Positions 9,583 through 20,319 of a DNA stretch of 64,000 bases are shown here, in pieces. Source of the DNA: an uncultured Saprospirales bacterium (lineage in GTDB: Bacteria > Bacteroidota > Bacteroidia > Chitinophagales > Saprospiraceae); assembly GCA_937926355.1 (NCBI GenBank), contig CALAZP010000190.1:40-64039 (forward strand), written 5' to 3'. The position numbers and the translations under genes are program-made. The stretch's first letter is position 1, and each line of letters opens with the position of its first letter. Below the pieces are notes generated by a model, which was not told the DNA's origin, made no database searches, and worked only from the letters and a program-made list of their open reading frames with translations.

Positions 9583-10113
9583 ATGGCTAAGAGAAATTAT
9601 ACACCCTTTTTACCCCCTGTAGAATCTTCATATAGTGTTAAGGGCATAAGATTTAGAACTAATACTCCTGATTTTGAAACGTCCGATGATCTGTACAAGT
9701 CAATTGCAAAAGCAGAGGAAAGAGCTTACAATATTGGATGCTCTGGATACAGAAAGGTTACGACTGATGCTCTAGGGTCAATTCTTTATGGCCCTTGCTC
9801 TAGCCTTGATACATATGTTAACATTACAAAGCATATTAAGCCTACGTCTATGGAAAGAAGATACTACCAATTTGATCCAACTAATAATATCTATGATATA
9901 AGGGATTCTATCAATGATGATGTAAGGGAAGGATTTGACTATAAGAATCAGATTTTTGAAAGGACTCTGTCGAATGTAATGTTTAGGGATCCTAGAAAAA
10001 TAGCTATCCTGAATAATATGCAAAGGGTTGTTTTTGCTTTAATAGAGTCTGTGAAGCAGATTAGAAATTTCTTTAACTATACTGTTCCGTTTAACAATAA
10101 AAGAGTATTCTAA
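9583..10113 (+). CDS. Hypothetical baseplate-module protein, 176 aa
   Basis: ORF in the structural operon; no motif recognised. Confidence 0.45.
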   Translation: MAKRNYTPFLPPVESSYSVKGIRFRTNTPDFETSDDLYKSIAKAEERAYNIGCSGYRKVTTDALGSILYGPCSSLDTYVNITKHIKPTSMERRYYQFDPTNNIYDIRDSINDDVREGFDYKNQIFERTLSNVMFRDPRKIAILNNMQRVVFALIESVKQIRNFFNYTVPFNNKRVF

Positions 10114-10115
10114 TA

Positions 10116-13100
10116 ATGGCTGATAGACGCTTAAAATTCTATAACAAGCAGGGGAATCCACTTAACTTTGAATATATCGGTGCAACCGCAGGGATTCCGT
10201 TAACTTACACCTTTAATTACGAGACCTTTTCTGTAAACACTACTCCTACTGCAGGTAATGTTTCTTTGATATCCTTGTCTAGTAACATCATTTATTTTAA
10301 TGTCAAAGATCTTAATGGATTTGATATTACTAGCTGGGCTAATTCGGTTAATGAGAAAATCCAGAGGGGTGGCAAGATTACCCTTAGACTTAGTATTCAG
10401 CCTTCCAATATAATCAATGCTACTATTGCTTCCACCTCAGTTTCTGGTGGTATTGTTACGGTTAATCTTAGTGGATTTAACGGACCGAGTATAATTTCAA
10501 ACAGCAACTTTGCTTATTGTGAGACTATAGTACAAGATTTACCTGGCGGCTATTTTAAAGGCAGTATTTTCTTTGATCCCGTATCTGCTGGTCTTTACGA
10601 AAATGAGCAGATCTTTATATTGCAGGAATTTAAGGATTCTGGAACTGGGTTAAATTTTGTTGGATTTCCACATACTGGTGCAACTGGTGCAAGCGGTAGT
10701 GCTACGTGGAGATCAAGATGGGAAAATGATTCCTATGGTGATGTCGACGTGTCCAATGTTATCTTCACATACCAGATTACCGAAAATGATCCTGAGCTTG
10801 GTGGGGATCCAACAATTACTAATTACCAGAACATTGTTTTCCCTGTCATTAAAAACCAAGCAGATACCTATCTTAATGGATATGTTTCTACCCCAGAGGG
10901 ATCAACTCCTTCTAGGGCATTGCAGGTTAATGTTGCTATCAACGCACCTGAACAAGGAGCGGAGGTTTACGAGAGGAAATTAATCATCGAAGACATCACA
11001 TCAGGGAATCCTTCCAAGGTTGCTGAAATAGATTTTTATGGTCAGATTGTAGGTTCCGGCGAGAGATTGGATGTTCTAACAAGGAATCTTGGCCGGGCTT
11101 TTGTGAACGAGGATTCTAGAATTCTTAGAAATCATGATCCCTCTGAGCCCCTTCCAGATTACATTGAGATAAATGAAAAGAGGAAGGAGCTTATGGTTGC
11201 TGGGGAAGATATCTTCCCATACATCGGTAGTTATAAGGGACTTATTGGTGCACTTAAGTTTTTTGGGTACCAGGATTTAAGAATCAAAGAATATTGGCTA
11301 AACCTTAATTATCAAAGAGTAAATCTAAGTCCACTCCAAGAGAATCAAATTTTCTTAGATAATTATAACAATACAAAAACTCCAAACCAAACAGTCCTGA
11401 TTGCTGATGTTTTGGATAATGAAAACACTGGTAAATATAGGCTAGAGCAAACCTATGGACCCAACGATGACGGTGAGTACGTCTTGGATGTATCCTCTGA
11501 AAATACACTGGTTCCATCTCGTACCTATAAAAAGACCTCTCTTTTTGGTCTCTACTATGATATAAATACTACCTCTACACAAACTGATCCCTATGGATAC
11601 CCAGTAACACCAGAGGCATTCACATTTACCCAGGAAGAAGTACTGGTTAAGCTTTTTGCTTTAAAAGAAAGGCTGAAAGAAAGTTATCTACCTCTTAATG
11701 CAAGAATAATTGATATAACCGGAGAGGGAGTTTACTATAATGTTTTCAATACTAAGGCTTGGACTGACACGGTTGAGCGTGATGAGGTTGATTCTGGTAA
11801 TAATATAAATTTCATCGCTAATCCAGATTTTGGATTTTTGGAGGATCTGAGAGCATTTGGAACTAGAACTGATCCAAAATCAATTCAAGCCCCGATGAAT
11901 TATGACAATATCGTTGATATTGGTGTTGAGGCCGTTGGTCCTTCAGGGGACGCATTTAGATTTTCAACCGGAAATGCACTAAATCCAACAATATCAATAC
12001 AGAGGGGAAAACAGTACAATTTCAATCTTATCTCATCAGGTTACGACCTTTACTTTACAACAGATCCTTCTCTGTCTCAGACCGACCCGGTCGGTGTTCT
12101 GAACAACGGAGCAACATCGGGTACTGTAAGAATAGATGTTAATCCGCAGGCTACAGGTCCTTATTACTACTATTCAAGTGTGAACCCGGTAAAGATGAAT
12201 GGTACGATTAATATCACAGATTCTCCGATTTCTGATTTTGGTAACGTTGTAAGTCCTTTGCATAATGGGCAGAAATACACTAATGGTCAAAATCAAAGTC
12301 TATTAACAGCCATTTCTAACTTCTATGATAAGAAAATGAATGGCGAAATTAAAAATCTTGGAGATGAAATTAATACATCTTTGAATAATGAGGAATGCGA
12401 TGTAGCGATCGGAATGCCTGTTATTCTTGAATTGGTTCCTGATACGTGGGATTGGGATGAAATGGGAATGTCTTGGAACTCGCTCGATCTTCCGTCTTTC
12501 CAGAGCCAAAACAGTGCTTTGACCTGGAGAACCATAGATTTTTCTGCCTATAATGAAATTGAATGGGTGATTAATAAATCTGAATCACAGCCTGGGTCTG
12601 GATACAATTTCTCTCATAGGGGATATGCTGTAGATTTCTACAAACTAGCACATTTTCTTCCATATAGTGGTGAATATGACGTAACCTGTTACCTATATGA
12701 TGCTTTTAATTTTAAGAATAGAAAAATTGTAAAGTCGTCGGTAACTGTTTCTCCGAGAACTATATTGCTTGACGGTTGGACGAGATACAGAGAGAATGAA
12801 AAGTACTCGTGGGATCTAACAATTAGAGACTGGGATAGCTATGATTCTATCTGGGAATATCCGGCGGAAGGAAAAACATATACCGAACTAAAGAAAGAGA
12901 TACCGGAGCAACTTTTAGATTTTGCAATTTATGGTAACAATGCCATAGATGGGCAAATTTTTAAAGTCGGTAAAGATGTTGCTTCTATTGGTGCTTCTGG
13001 TGATATTAGGCTTTCCCAAAATATACTCGACATATCAAAAATATACTCAGTTTTGGTGTCTGGTAGCCAGTATAGTTTTGCCAACGTATTTACAACACAA

Positions 13101-14147
13101 CCTCACAACTTTACTGATGGGTCCGATGTTTTTATAACTGGAAGTATAGACGCTCTAAACAAGTCTTGGCAAATATCAATCCCACCAGGAGCAACCGGTT
13201 ATTCTTTCCAGATACCTTACATACTTGGTAACCAAGCGGGAGTTGGTGCAACATCAGGACCTTCTTCTATTGTAGGAGCAACTGGATATTATGTTTTACC
13301 GTCAACACACCCAGATCAAAAAGTAACCGGCGGCGGAAGCATTAGTGTATCTGTAAATGGTCGTATAATAGGTGCTACTGCATCTGGATCAAATTTGCAG
13401 TCTACCGCTAATTCTATCATACAGGAAATAAACAAAATAGAAACACAGCCTGATTATTTTGCACAAACATTTGATCCTACTGAAAGTCCGGTTACCATTA
13501 ATATTGTCGCAGATCCAGAAAGCGGAAATGTAGGTAATGGTGATATTCTTACTGTCAATCTTACTGGATCCTTGAATTTGGTATCTTCGGATGCAGAACT
13601 CTCTGGAGGTGTAACTGGTGGTTTTAGATATGTTGATTGGGATGCTTCTTCTGGAACAAATCCCGTTGAAAACCTTAAATACTTTGGGACCAAGAATTTA
13701 AAATGGCAAACATTTACTGAAGCCTCCTGGGATAATGCATACGCACATTCCTGGGAAGATTTAGAATTTGAAAACGGGTGGCTTGGTGGATATGAGATAC
13801 ACAGTGCTAAAGTTGGAGATAATGTGAAGGTAAGTATGGGAAGTGAACCTTTCCCATTCCCTGTTGGTGTAACATTTGGACCTACTGGGGGTGGAACTGG
13901 AGCATCCGCATATTTGACTCTGGGATCTGCTGCCAGTCAGTTAAATGCTTCTGCTGATCCAAACATTACTAATTTTTACTATAGGGTTATCCCAGAAACA
14001 GCAACCGCAACACTAACAACATCTGGACCTTCTTCTATATCGCTATTTCCATTTGCAGCAACTGGAGGTACTGGATCTGTTCCGGCTTCAGTTCCTGGCG
14101 CACCCCCACCATTGGTTGTAACTTTTGTAGTAGCAACTGGCCCATAA
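10116..14147 (+). CDS. Large baseplate/tail-fibre structural protein, 1343 aa
   Basis: Size, Ser/Thr/Gly/Asn-rich composition, short G-x-T/GATG runs, and position after the wedge genes. Confidence 0.5.
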   Translation: MADRRLKFYNKQGNPLNFEYIGATAGIPLTYTFNYETFSVNTTPTAGNVSLISLSSNIIYFNVKDLNGFDITSWANSVNEKIQRGGKITLRLSIQPSNIINATIASTSVSGGIVTVNLSGFNGPSIISNSNFAYCETIVQDLPGGYFKGSIFFDPVSAGLYENEQIFILQEFKDSGTGLNFVGFPHTGATGASGSATWRSRWENDSYGDVDVSNVIFTYQITENDPELGGDPTITNYQNIVFPVIKNQADTYLNGYVSTPEGSTPSRALQVNVAINAPEQGAEVYERKLIIEDITSGNPSKVAEIDFYGQIVGSGERLDVLTRNLGRAFVNEDSRILRNHDPSEPLPDYIEINEKRKELMVAGEDIFPYIGSYKGLIGALKFFGYQDLRIKEYWLNLNYQRVNLSPLQENQIFLDNYNNTKTPNQTVLIADVLDNENTGKYRLEQTYGPNDDGEYVLDVSSENTLVPSRTYKKTSLFGLYYDINTTSTQTDPYGYPVTPEAFTFTQEEVLVKLFALKERLKESYLPLNARIIDITGEGVYYNVFNTKAWTDTVERDEVDSGNNINFIANPDFGFLEDLRAFGTRTDPKSIQAPMNYDNIVDIGVEAVGPSGDAFRFSTGNALNPTISIQRGKQYNFNLISSGYDLYFTTDPSLSQTDPVGVLNNGATSGTVRIDVNPQATGPYYYYSSVNPVKMNGTINITDSPISDFGNVVSPLHNGQKYTNGQNQSLLTAISNFYDKKMNGEIKNLGDEINTSLNNEECDVAIGMPVILELVPDTWDWDEMGMSWNSLDLPSFQSQNSALTWRTIDFSAYNEIEWVINKSESQPGSGYNFSHRGYAVDFYKLAHFLPYSGEYDVTCYLYDAFNFKNRKIVKSSVTVSPRTILLDGWTRYRENEKYSWDLTIRDWDSYDSIWEYPAEGKTYTELKKEIPEQLLDFAIYGNNAIDGQIFKVGKDVASIGASGDIRLSQNILDISKIYSVLVSGSQYSFANVFTTQPHNFTDGSDVFITGSIDALNKSWQISIPPGATGYSFQIPYILGNQAGVGATSGPSSIVGATGYYVLPSTHPDQKVTGGGSISVSVNGRIIGATASGSNLQSTANSIIQEINKIETQPDYFAQTFDPTESPVTINIVADPESGNVGNGDILTVNLTGSLNLVSSDAELSGGVTGGFRYVDWDASSGTNPVENLKYFGTKNLKWQTFTEASWDNAYAHSWEDLEFENGWLGGYEIHSAKVGDNVKVSMGSEPFPFPVGVTFGPTGGGTGASAYLTLGSAASQLNASADPNITNFYYRVIPETATATLTTSGPSSISLFPFAATGGTGSVPASVPGAPPPLVVTFVVATGP

Positions 14148-14159
14148 AAAATTACAGAT

Positions 14160-15785
14160 ATGTCTTCAAGGATTAAAATATACGAATCGCAGTCAGTCAT
14201 TTTTACGGACACTACCTCTGGAGGACTACCACCATATAATAGAGTGTGGTCTTTTAATGGTGGAGATATAGTTTCTGCAACCGGTGCAACAGCTCAGGTT
14301 AGATACAATACCCCTGGGCAATATACTGCTACCTTGACTGTGACCGATTTTAACAATGTTACAAATTCTTTTACCTCTTCTAATGGAATAGAGGTATTGA
14401 CAGCTTCTGTTACCTCCTCTTTTACTGTTAGCCCTAATCCGGTTTTGATGTCACAAACGGCACAATTCACTAATAATTCTACTGGAGTTCCCGAAGCACC
14501 TAGCTCTTACCAGTGGATTATAGGGGGATCGAACTATTCAACCTCGACTAATCCGACCCTAGAATATGATGATTGGAAAACCGTTCCTGGAGCTAACATA
14601 GGAGCTCAGCCCGGATCCACAGTTCTTGTTTCTACAAGACTTGACGCTTCGAGCTCTTTTGCTTCTGATAGTAGTCAGTCCAACATAACAGTTACAAAAA
14701 CCGGGGTGGAGGAATTTAATTTTATAAATAGAGTTGGGCCTTCACAACCATATTCTCAGGATGGAACAATAACTAGCACTGCAATAAAGGCTGGGTCTCT
14801 AGGGTATCCAACCAATTCCTATGTTTTTGAGATAGATTTTACCTCATCCTCTTCAAGACAATTTATCACTGGATTTCACTCAACCCTAGAAGATGCATAT
14901 TTAATATTAACTGGATTAAGTGGAAATACCTCCTTCGTTATAAATGGTGTTTCGGTAGTAAGAGGATACATTATTGTTGAGAATTATTTTTACAAAACCG
15001 GAGATAACGAAATAGTAAAGGGTCGTTATATATTCCCTGGCCTCTCAAGCGGTAAGCCTTATAAGTTATTTTTTGCAGATGACGGGGGAGACGGAAGTAT
15101 TACCGATCTGGTGGACAACGGAAACTTTACTTTATCTCTTATTGAAGATATAATGGACAATGTTTATCCCCAGTTAAATTCGGCTCAGAGTGATTATTGG
15201 TCTCCAAGATTCCCGGTAACAATCCAAAGCCCGGGACTTAACCCCGTTGTTTATTCACCCCGGTATTTTAGTAATAGAGGTTTCAACGGGGCAGAATATG
15301 AGGTTTATATTGTTGTAAAAATTGTAAATAATTCCATATCTGCAACTTGTACTTTTAATGGTAATTCGGGACAAGGTAACGAGTCGGGCGGTGATTTTGA
15401 ATTCTATGTAATGCAAGATGTTTCTGGAAATGCTGGGGTTGCAACACAGTTAAACGCTGCTATTGCTGCCTCTTTTCCCGGTGGGACTGCCTCTGTAGAA
15501 TTTAGTTCGATCCAGAGTTATAATATACATAGCGGCGGAACTCCCTCCCATTATTATGGATTGAAGATGGAAGTTAAAAACGAGAATATTGAGCAGGTGC
15601 AGATAAAAGACAATTCCGCTACCTTAAATGCCTTGTATGGACTTTCGTTGGCTCCATTTTCATACAAACACACTGGGAACTCTGGCGAGGTCTCTTGTTC
15701 GGGAATGCCTCCAGATTTATTGCTGTCTACTGATGGTTACGTTGATCTTGGGAAACGCATTTTTTATGGGAATACAATATTCTAA
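14160..15785 (+). CDS. PKD-domain-containing virion/fibre protein
   Basis: PKD signature WSFNGGDIVSATGATAQVRYNTPGQYTATLTVTDFNN, followed by a second PKD-like repeat. Confidence 0.65.
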   Translation: MSSRIKIYESQSVIFTDTTSGGLPPYNRVWSFNGGDIVSATGATAQVRYNTPGQYTATLTVTDFNNVTNSFTSSNGIEVLTASVTSSFTVSPNPVLMSQTAQFTNNSTGVPEAPSSYQWIIGGSNYSTSTNPTLEYDDWKTVPGANIGAQPGSTVLVSTRLDASSSFASDSSQSNITVTKTGVEEFNFINRVGPSQPYSQDGTITSTAIKAGSLGYPTNSYVFEIDFTSSSSRQFITGFHSTLEDAYLILTGLSGNTSFVINGVSVVRGYIIVENYFYKTGDNEIVKGRYIFPGLSSGKPYKLFFADDGGDGSITDLVDNGNFTLSLIEDIMDNVYPQLNSAQSDYWSPRFPVTIQSPGLNPVVYSPRYFSNRGFNGAEYEVYIVVKIVNNSISATCTFNGNSGQGNESGGDFEFYVMQDVSGNAGVATQLNAAIAASFPGGTASVEFSSIQSYNIHSGGTPSHYYGLKMEVKNENIEQVQIKDNSATLNALYGLSLAPFSYKHTGNSGEVSCSGMPPDLLLSTDGYVDLGKRIFYGNTIF

Positions 15786-15806
15786 AATTTTGATAAATAG
15801 AAAGTA

Positions 15807-18800
15807 ATGCCAACAACATTTTTTTATATAAATACTGCAGCTCTTGATTCCTTCGGGGATGTGTGGGCTGTAGGTAGAGATTTAACCAAGTATGATGGCG
15901 AAAATTGGTCGTATTATAACTACCAAAATTCGGTGGTTCCAAGTAATGCTCCTTACTTTTTAGATACTAGATCAATCTCTATTGATAATGAGAATAACAA
16001 ATGGGTTGGTTGTGCAGTTACCGCTTCCTTGTCCCAAGAATTGGTTTTTGTAGCTTCTGGTAACCAAGCAGCTACTGGGGAAAGTTGGTCTTTAAGTCAA
16101 TTTGGTGACTATTCTTCCCAATCACCAAATTGGGAAGTCCCCACTATTTATGCAAGTCCATATACTGAGGAGGTTCTTGCCTTCGTATCTCCTTTGAATG
16201 GAGGATTTGGTACTGGATCTACAGGTAATGTTGGCGTGACTGGTGGATACCTTTGGAGGTATGATAAGGTTTCAGAGGAATGGAGAGAGGTAAGTCCTGG
16301 ATATACCTGGCCACACATATATGAGATAACGGCTAAGGGCGAAGGTGGTAATAGTTTTGAATACTATCTAAGTACCAATGATGGTTTGCAAACAATACCG
16401 CAAGGAAACTTAGATCCAATTACCTTAGACAACGGAGAGCTTGCGATCAAGCAGCTTTCAAAATACAACTCTAAGACATCCGGTATTGGCGGTGATATTG
16501 TATACGATGTTTCTTTTGATGAGGATGGTAACTATTGGGCTGGTACCGAAAATGGAATTACATATTGGGACGGCAAAAAATTCTACAATTGGAACATTGG
16601 CGGCGGCGTAGGTGTAACCAAGGTTGTTGCCAGAAAAAACGGACACGTTTTCTTTAGGATAGGAAACCCATTTGGCCAACCTTCCACCTCTAATGGATTT
16701 TATCATTTTAATGGAGACTCGTTTACACATTTAACTTCATCTAATACAAATCTACCTGACAATCGGGTAATTGAGTTAATGAAGGTCGAAGAAAAATCAA
16801 TAGCAGGTACTAGACAAATATTTGAGGAAGATTTGTGGATTGTTGCTGGCAATAACATTTGTCTTTTTGATTATACCCTACCTCATATTTACGGAACCTC
16901 TAAATACACCGGAACTACCGGATGGAACTTTGTTTATTATACTCACACTACAGCAGGAGCAACCACAGACACTGCTAGATTACCAAAGGCAGATAAGTAC
17001 ACCTGGAAATATCCGACTTGGAGAGGATATGACAACGAATATTTGAAGAATTTACATCCAGGTTTAGATCCGAGAAATCTTTTTCTAGAAACTAACTTCA
17101 AAGATATAGCAAACGGAAAAGCTGGATTACAACAATATTGGGACAACGGCGAGGTAGTTCCTTATAGTGATCAGGAATTAGCCAAGCTTATTGCCAATTC
17201 TGAGTGGCTGACAGATACAACTTCTTTTACGATTACCTCAGCTAATAAGTACAGAAACTACAATGTTGTAACTGGATATTCTAGTGAAGCAACGATAAAC
17301 TTTGGAGAGAAAAATAACCTCAATCCAAATTATTCTATCACTAACCCAAACCCAACAGATTCAGCTGGTGGAACTGCTGATCTTGGATTTGTTGCACTTT
17401 ACAGTGATGGTGGACAGGTTAAAACCGTAGTACCATTTAGAGGATTCTCGACGAGAATTTATAAGGCATTACCTTCTTCGGATAATTCGTCGATTTATGT
17501 ACTAGGAACCTTTAGAAAGTACCTAGAGACTGGAGAATTCGTTTATTCTAGTAAATACCCAGGAGCATTTGATATGACAGTAACCGGTATAACTGGACCT
17601 ACTGGTGGACCTGTCGGATTTTCTAATATAGCTTCCCCTGGGTTAACTGGATCCTATGATTATCCGTGGATACTTAATGCAGCGACAGGAGCAACAAGTG
17701 GTATCTATTTACCGCAAACCTCCATCCTGGGAGATACCGAAGCAATCTTTATAGCTGAAGTTGAAATTGATTTGGGCAACAAGGTCAGCTATGGCGATTT
17801 GGATTTTTCTTCGGGCGATTCTGATCTAAATCAATTTTCTCTAAAAAACTTTAGATATTTCCCTGGTGCAAGTGGTAGCTATGACCCAACCGGAATAATA
17901 AATGCGTCATATTCTCCTCCAACCTCTATAGAAAGCTTGGATTTATCAGTTACTCAAAATTCTGTTAGATTAACCTCTAATTATTCCGGAGGACTAGCAA
18001 TGTTAAAGAATAATTGGTTTGATCTTAGCGATTTACCATATTCTCCAGAATTTATTTTCTCCTCTAAGAGTTCGGGTACCTATGATAGAAGCGGGAGCTT
18101 CATAGATATGAATGCAAATCTTTCGGTAAGAGACGGATTTACAGTGGGTCTTACTGGATCAAGTACTTCTAGCTTGGATGGCCTGGTATCTCTTGAGAAT
18201 TCTTTGACTTATCTGTTGACTGGAACATCGACAAGAGACGTTGTGCTTAATAATACAGTGTTATCCCATCCGAATCCTGGATTTTCATACCCGTATTTTG
18301 TATTGAATGACTTTAACCATCTTTCATTAACGGGAGCTTTTGTTAAAAATTCAGGAGGGACAGCTGCTGCTTATTCAACCTGGTACAAAACTATCTCTGG
18401 TTATAAGTCAGATAGTAATTATTATGTAAATACTCTCTACACAGATACCCCAACACTATCTCCTCTGTCTAAAAGTCCTACCCTTACCGGAATTGGCACC
18501 TCTGGTGGAGTTAATGTGCTTACTCTTTCAGTTAAACCCAGTGGAAATTTCACACAGCTTTCTGCCTATGAGGTGCTACCCGAAACTTACGGAAGTCCAT
18601 TTCTAGCATCCATCAGCGATCAAAGTGACTCTTTACCTGGTGGAGATCAATATATGGCTTTATATTATGAGAGGGCAACTGGAGCAAGTGGTGGAGGACA
18701 TAGTATTATAAAGAGAAACGTAACTGGTACATATGTAGATGTTGTTTCTACTTTTGGACAAGGGAACACCGGGGACCAATCCGAATTAAGGATGCACGTT

Positions 18801-19469
18801 AGTCCTAGTTTGGACGTATTCTTAGCAGGCTCAAGTTCGGGTGCTTCCGGACCAAATAATATCCCTTATAGTTCTGCAACTGGATCGTTTGTTGCTTTCC
18901 TTGAAAGCTATAAACCTGGTGTAGGTAAAGATGTAGGTAATATCATATCTAGAGCCGGATCCGGAGCATGGACGTGGGTAGATGTACATAACTCTGATTC
19001 TGACCTTTTTGTTCCCCTCTTATCTACTGTTTTTCTAAGCAATTATGACAGTAAGATTTTTGGTAAAAATACGAATACGTGGAAATTGACTAATGCTTTA
19101 ACTGGTGAAGTGTTGCTAGATGTAAAGGATGTGCCATTCTTTATCTATACTTTCTCAACTTCTGGATATTATTCTATACAAAATATTGTTGAAGATTGTA
19201 ACGGAAACGTGTATGAAATTTCCAAACCTGCCTTTGTTAAAGTAGTGGACCAAACTATACCAGCAGCTAATGATCCAAATCCTGAATATGTAAACTCTGC
19301 AGATTATGGATATAGAAAACCTCCTAAGTATATTAGTGGTGCTGAGTATAAAGAACTGTCGAAAGACCTTTCGGAAGAGCAGAAAAGGATTATGCTCCAA
19401 AATATAGTTCCTTTTGGGTCTGCTTTAATAATTAAAGATAACCCAGACGCTACTTTCGATTTGTTTTAA
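15807..19469 (+). CDS. Beta-propeller (Reg_prop-like repeats) plus C-terminal PKD-like protein; putative receptor-binding protein
   Basis: Repeats such as GDVWAVGRDLTKYDG, ISIDNENNKWVGC, VSFDEDGNYWAGTENGITYWDG, NGFYHFNGDSFTHL. C-terminal SGYYSIQNIVEDCNGNVYE. Confidence 0.55.
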   Translation: MPTTFFYINTAALDSFGDVWAVGRDLTKYDGENWSYYNYQNSVVPSNAPYFLDTRSISIDNENNKWVGCAVTASLSQELVFVASGNQAATGESWSLSQFGDYSSQSPNWEVPTIYASPYTEEVLAFVSPLNGGFGTGSTGNVGVTGGYLWRYDKVSEEWREVSPGYTWPHIYEITAKGEGGNSFEYYLSTNDGLQTIPQGNLDPITLDNGELAIKQLSKYNSKTSGIGGDIVYDVSFDEDGNYWAGTENGITYWDGKKFYNWNIGGGVGVTKVVARKNGHVFFRIGNPFGQPSTSNGFYHFNGDSFTHLTSSNTNLPDNRVIELMKVEEKSIAGTRQIFEEDLWIVAGNNICLFDYTLPHIYGTSKYTGTTGWNFVYYTHTTAGATTDTARLPKADKYTWKYPTWRGYDNEYLKNLHPGLDPRNLFLETNFKDIANGKAGLQQYWDNGEVVPYSDQELAKLIANSEWLTDTTSFTITSANKYRNYNVVTGYSSEATINFGEKNNLNPNYSITNPNPTDSAGGTADLGFVALYSDGGQVKTVVPFRGFSTRIYKALPSSDNSSIYVLGTFRKYLETGEFVYSSKYPGAFDMTVTGITGPTGGPVGFSNIASPGLTGSYDYPWILNAATGATSGIYLPQTSILGDTEAIFIAEVEIDLGNKVSYGDLDFSSGDSDLNQFSLKNFRYFPGASGSYDPTGIINASYSPPTSIESLDLSVTQNSVRLTSNYSGGLAMLKNNWFDLSDLPYSPEFIFSSKSSGTYDRSGSFIDMNANLSVRDGFTVGLTGSSTSSLDGLVSLENSLTYLLTGTSTRDVVLNNTVLSHPNPGFSYPYFVLNDFNHLSLTGAFVKNSGGTAAAYSTWYKTISGYKSDSNYYVNTLYTDTPTLSPLSKSPTLTGIGTSGGVNVLTLSVKPSGNFTQLSAYEVLPETYGSPFLASISDQSDSLPGGDQYMALYYERATGASGGGHSIIKRNVTGTYVDVVSTFGQGNTGDQSELRMHVSPSLDVFLAGSSSGASGPNNIPYSSATGSFVAFLESYKPGVGKDVGNIISRAGSGAWTWVDVHNSDSDLFVPLLSTVFLSNYDSKIFGKNTNTWKLTNALTGEVLLDVKDVPFFIYTFSTSGYYSIQNIVEDCNGNVYEISKPAFVKVVDQTIPAANDPNPEYVNSADYGYRKPPKYISGAEYKELSKDLSEEQKRIMLQNIVPFGSALIIKDNPDATFDLF

Positions 19470-20096
19470 CTAAAAAGTGTAGAGCAATCTTAGAACTTCA
19501 TCGATCGAATCGTGTCTATGATTATCCTTGAGTGCCATTGAGTAGACATATTGGGAATCCTTTAATTTTGGAACCTCGTGAATAGCTGAGTCGTTGTTAA
19601 ACTTTAGATCGATTTGTTGTCCATCCCCACAAAGAATCATGGTAGAATGCTTTCCTAACCTTCCCAATACCATTCCTAGTTGCTGTTTGGTGAGATTTTG
19701 GAATTCATCTACTATAACAATAGCTCTTTCGAATGTCCTACCTCTAAAGTGAGTAAGAGAAACTAATTCAATAGATTCATCTTTTTCCATTTTTTCTAGA
19801 TGGTCTGGTTTGTTGTAAACCTTTCTCATATTCGATCTGATTGGAACGAGCCAAGGCTCCATTTTTTCCTCAAGTGAACCCGGAAGAAATCCATTATCCT
19901 CGTTAGAAACGGTAGGTCTTGTTATTACTATCTTTTCACACTGCTTTTTGAAAAACATATCCAGTGCTATCTGAACAGCTAGTAAAGTTTTACCACTTCC
20001 TGCTTTTCCCGTAATAAAGTTAAACGGATGCATTAAAATTTGTGCTTTTGCTTGCTTTTGCTCTTCTGAGAGCGTAATGGAGAATTTTTTATCCAC
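19470..20096 (-). CDS. phoH: PhoH-like ATPase
   Basis: Walker A GKAGSGKTLLAV, ITRPTV..GFLPGSLEEKMEPWLVPI, RGRTF..IVDEFQN. GTG start is uncertain. Confidence 0.9.
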   Translation of the reverse strand: MDKKFSITLSEEQKQAKAQILMHPFNFITGKAGSGKTLLAVQIALDMFFKKQCEKIVITRPTVSNEDNGFLPGSLEEKMEPWLVPIRSNMRKVYNKPDHLEKMEKDESIELVSLTHFRGRTFERAIVIVDEFQNLTKQQLGMVLGRLGKHSTMILCGDGQQIDLKFNNDSAIHEVPKLKDSQYVYSMALKDNHRHDSIDEVLRLLYTF

Positions 20097-20113
20097 TGAG
20101 TTATTTTTATTTT

Positions 20114-20287
20114 TTATTGGTTGTTGTTCCAGAGGAAAAGGTTGAAATTTTGGTTATTTAAGTGCTGGATAACTTTTAGAAATCCCTCCTCCCTCTTCCA
20201 AGTACACATAATTACTGGTAAGATATTTCCATTATGAGATGTGTGGTTTGTATTGAGTTGAATTAGTTCCTTCTCGTTTATGAACAT
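20114..20287 (-). CDS. 57-aa ORF resembling the N-terminus of a GT2-type glycosyltransferase (possible truncated remnant)
   Basis: My translation: MFINEKELIQLNTNHTSHNGNILPVIMCTWKREEGFLKVIQHLNNQNFNLFLWNNNQ*. It fits the GT2 beta1-alpha1 pattern and stops where the DxD region would begin. Not in the ORF track (<60 aa). Confidence 0.3.
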   Translation of the reverse strand: MFINEKELIQLNTNHTSHNGNILPVIMCTWKREEGFLKVIQHLNNQNFNLFLWNNNQ

Positions 20288-20311
20288 GTTTTATGTCTTT
20301 GGAAATGGTTT

Positions 20312-20319
20312 GATATATA
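20312..20319 (+). promoter_or_regulatory. Intergenic octamer GATATATA within a near-palindromic core in a divergent intergenic region
   Basis: Context ggtttGATATATAttca; 34 nt upstream of the ATG at 20354. The minus strand reads GAATATATATC upstream of the 20287 ORF and phoH. Confidence 0.45.

Noticed and set aside
10657-10983. Alternative-frame plus-strand ORFs (10657-10983, 42853-43068, 45700-45897, 49767-50069, 16822-17046)
   Set aside because: They overlap recognised genes in another frame and have no independent support.
10116-19469. Short GATG/TGxTG runs in large fibre proteins as collagen repeats
   Set aside because: The runs are only 2-4 triplets long and interrupted. True G-X-Y arrays occur only in the genes at 32645 and 34156.
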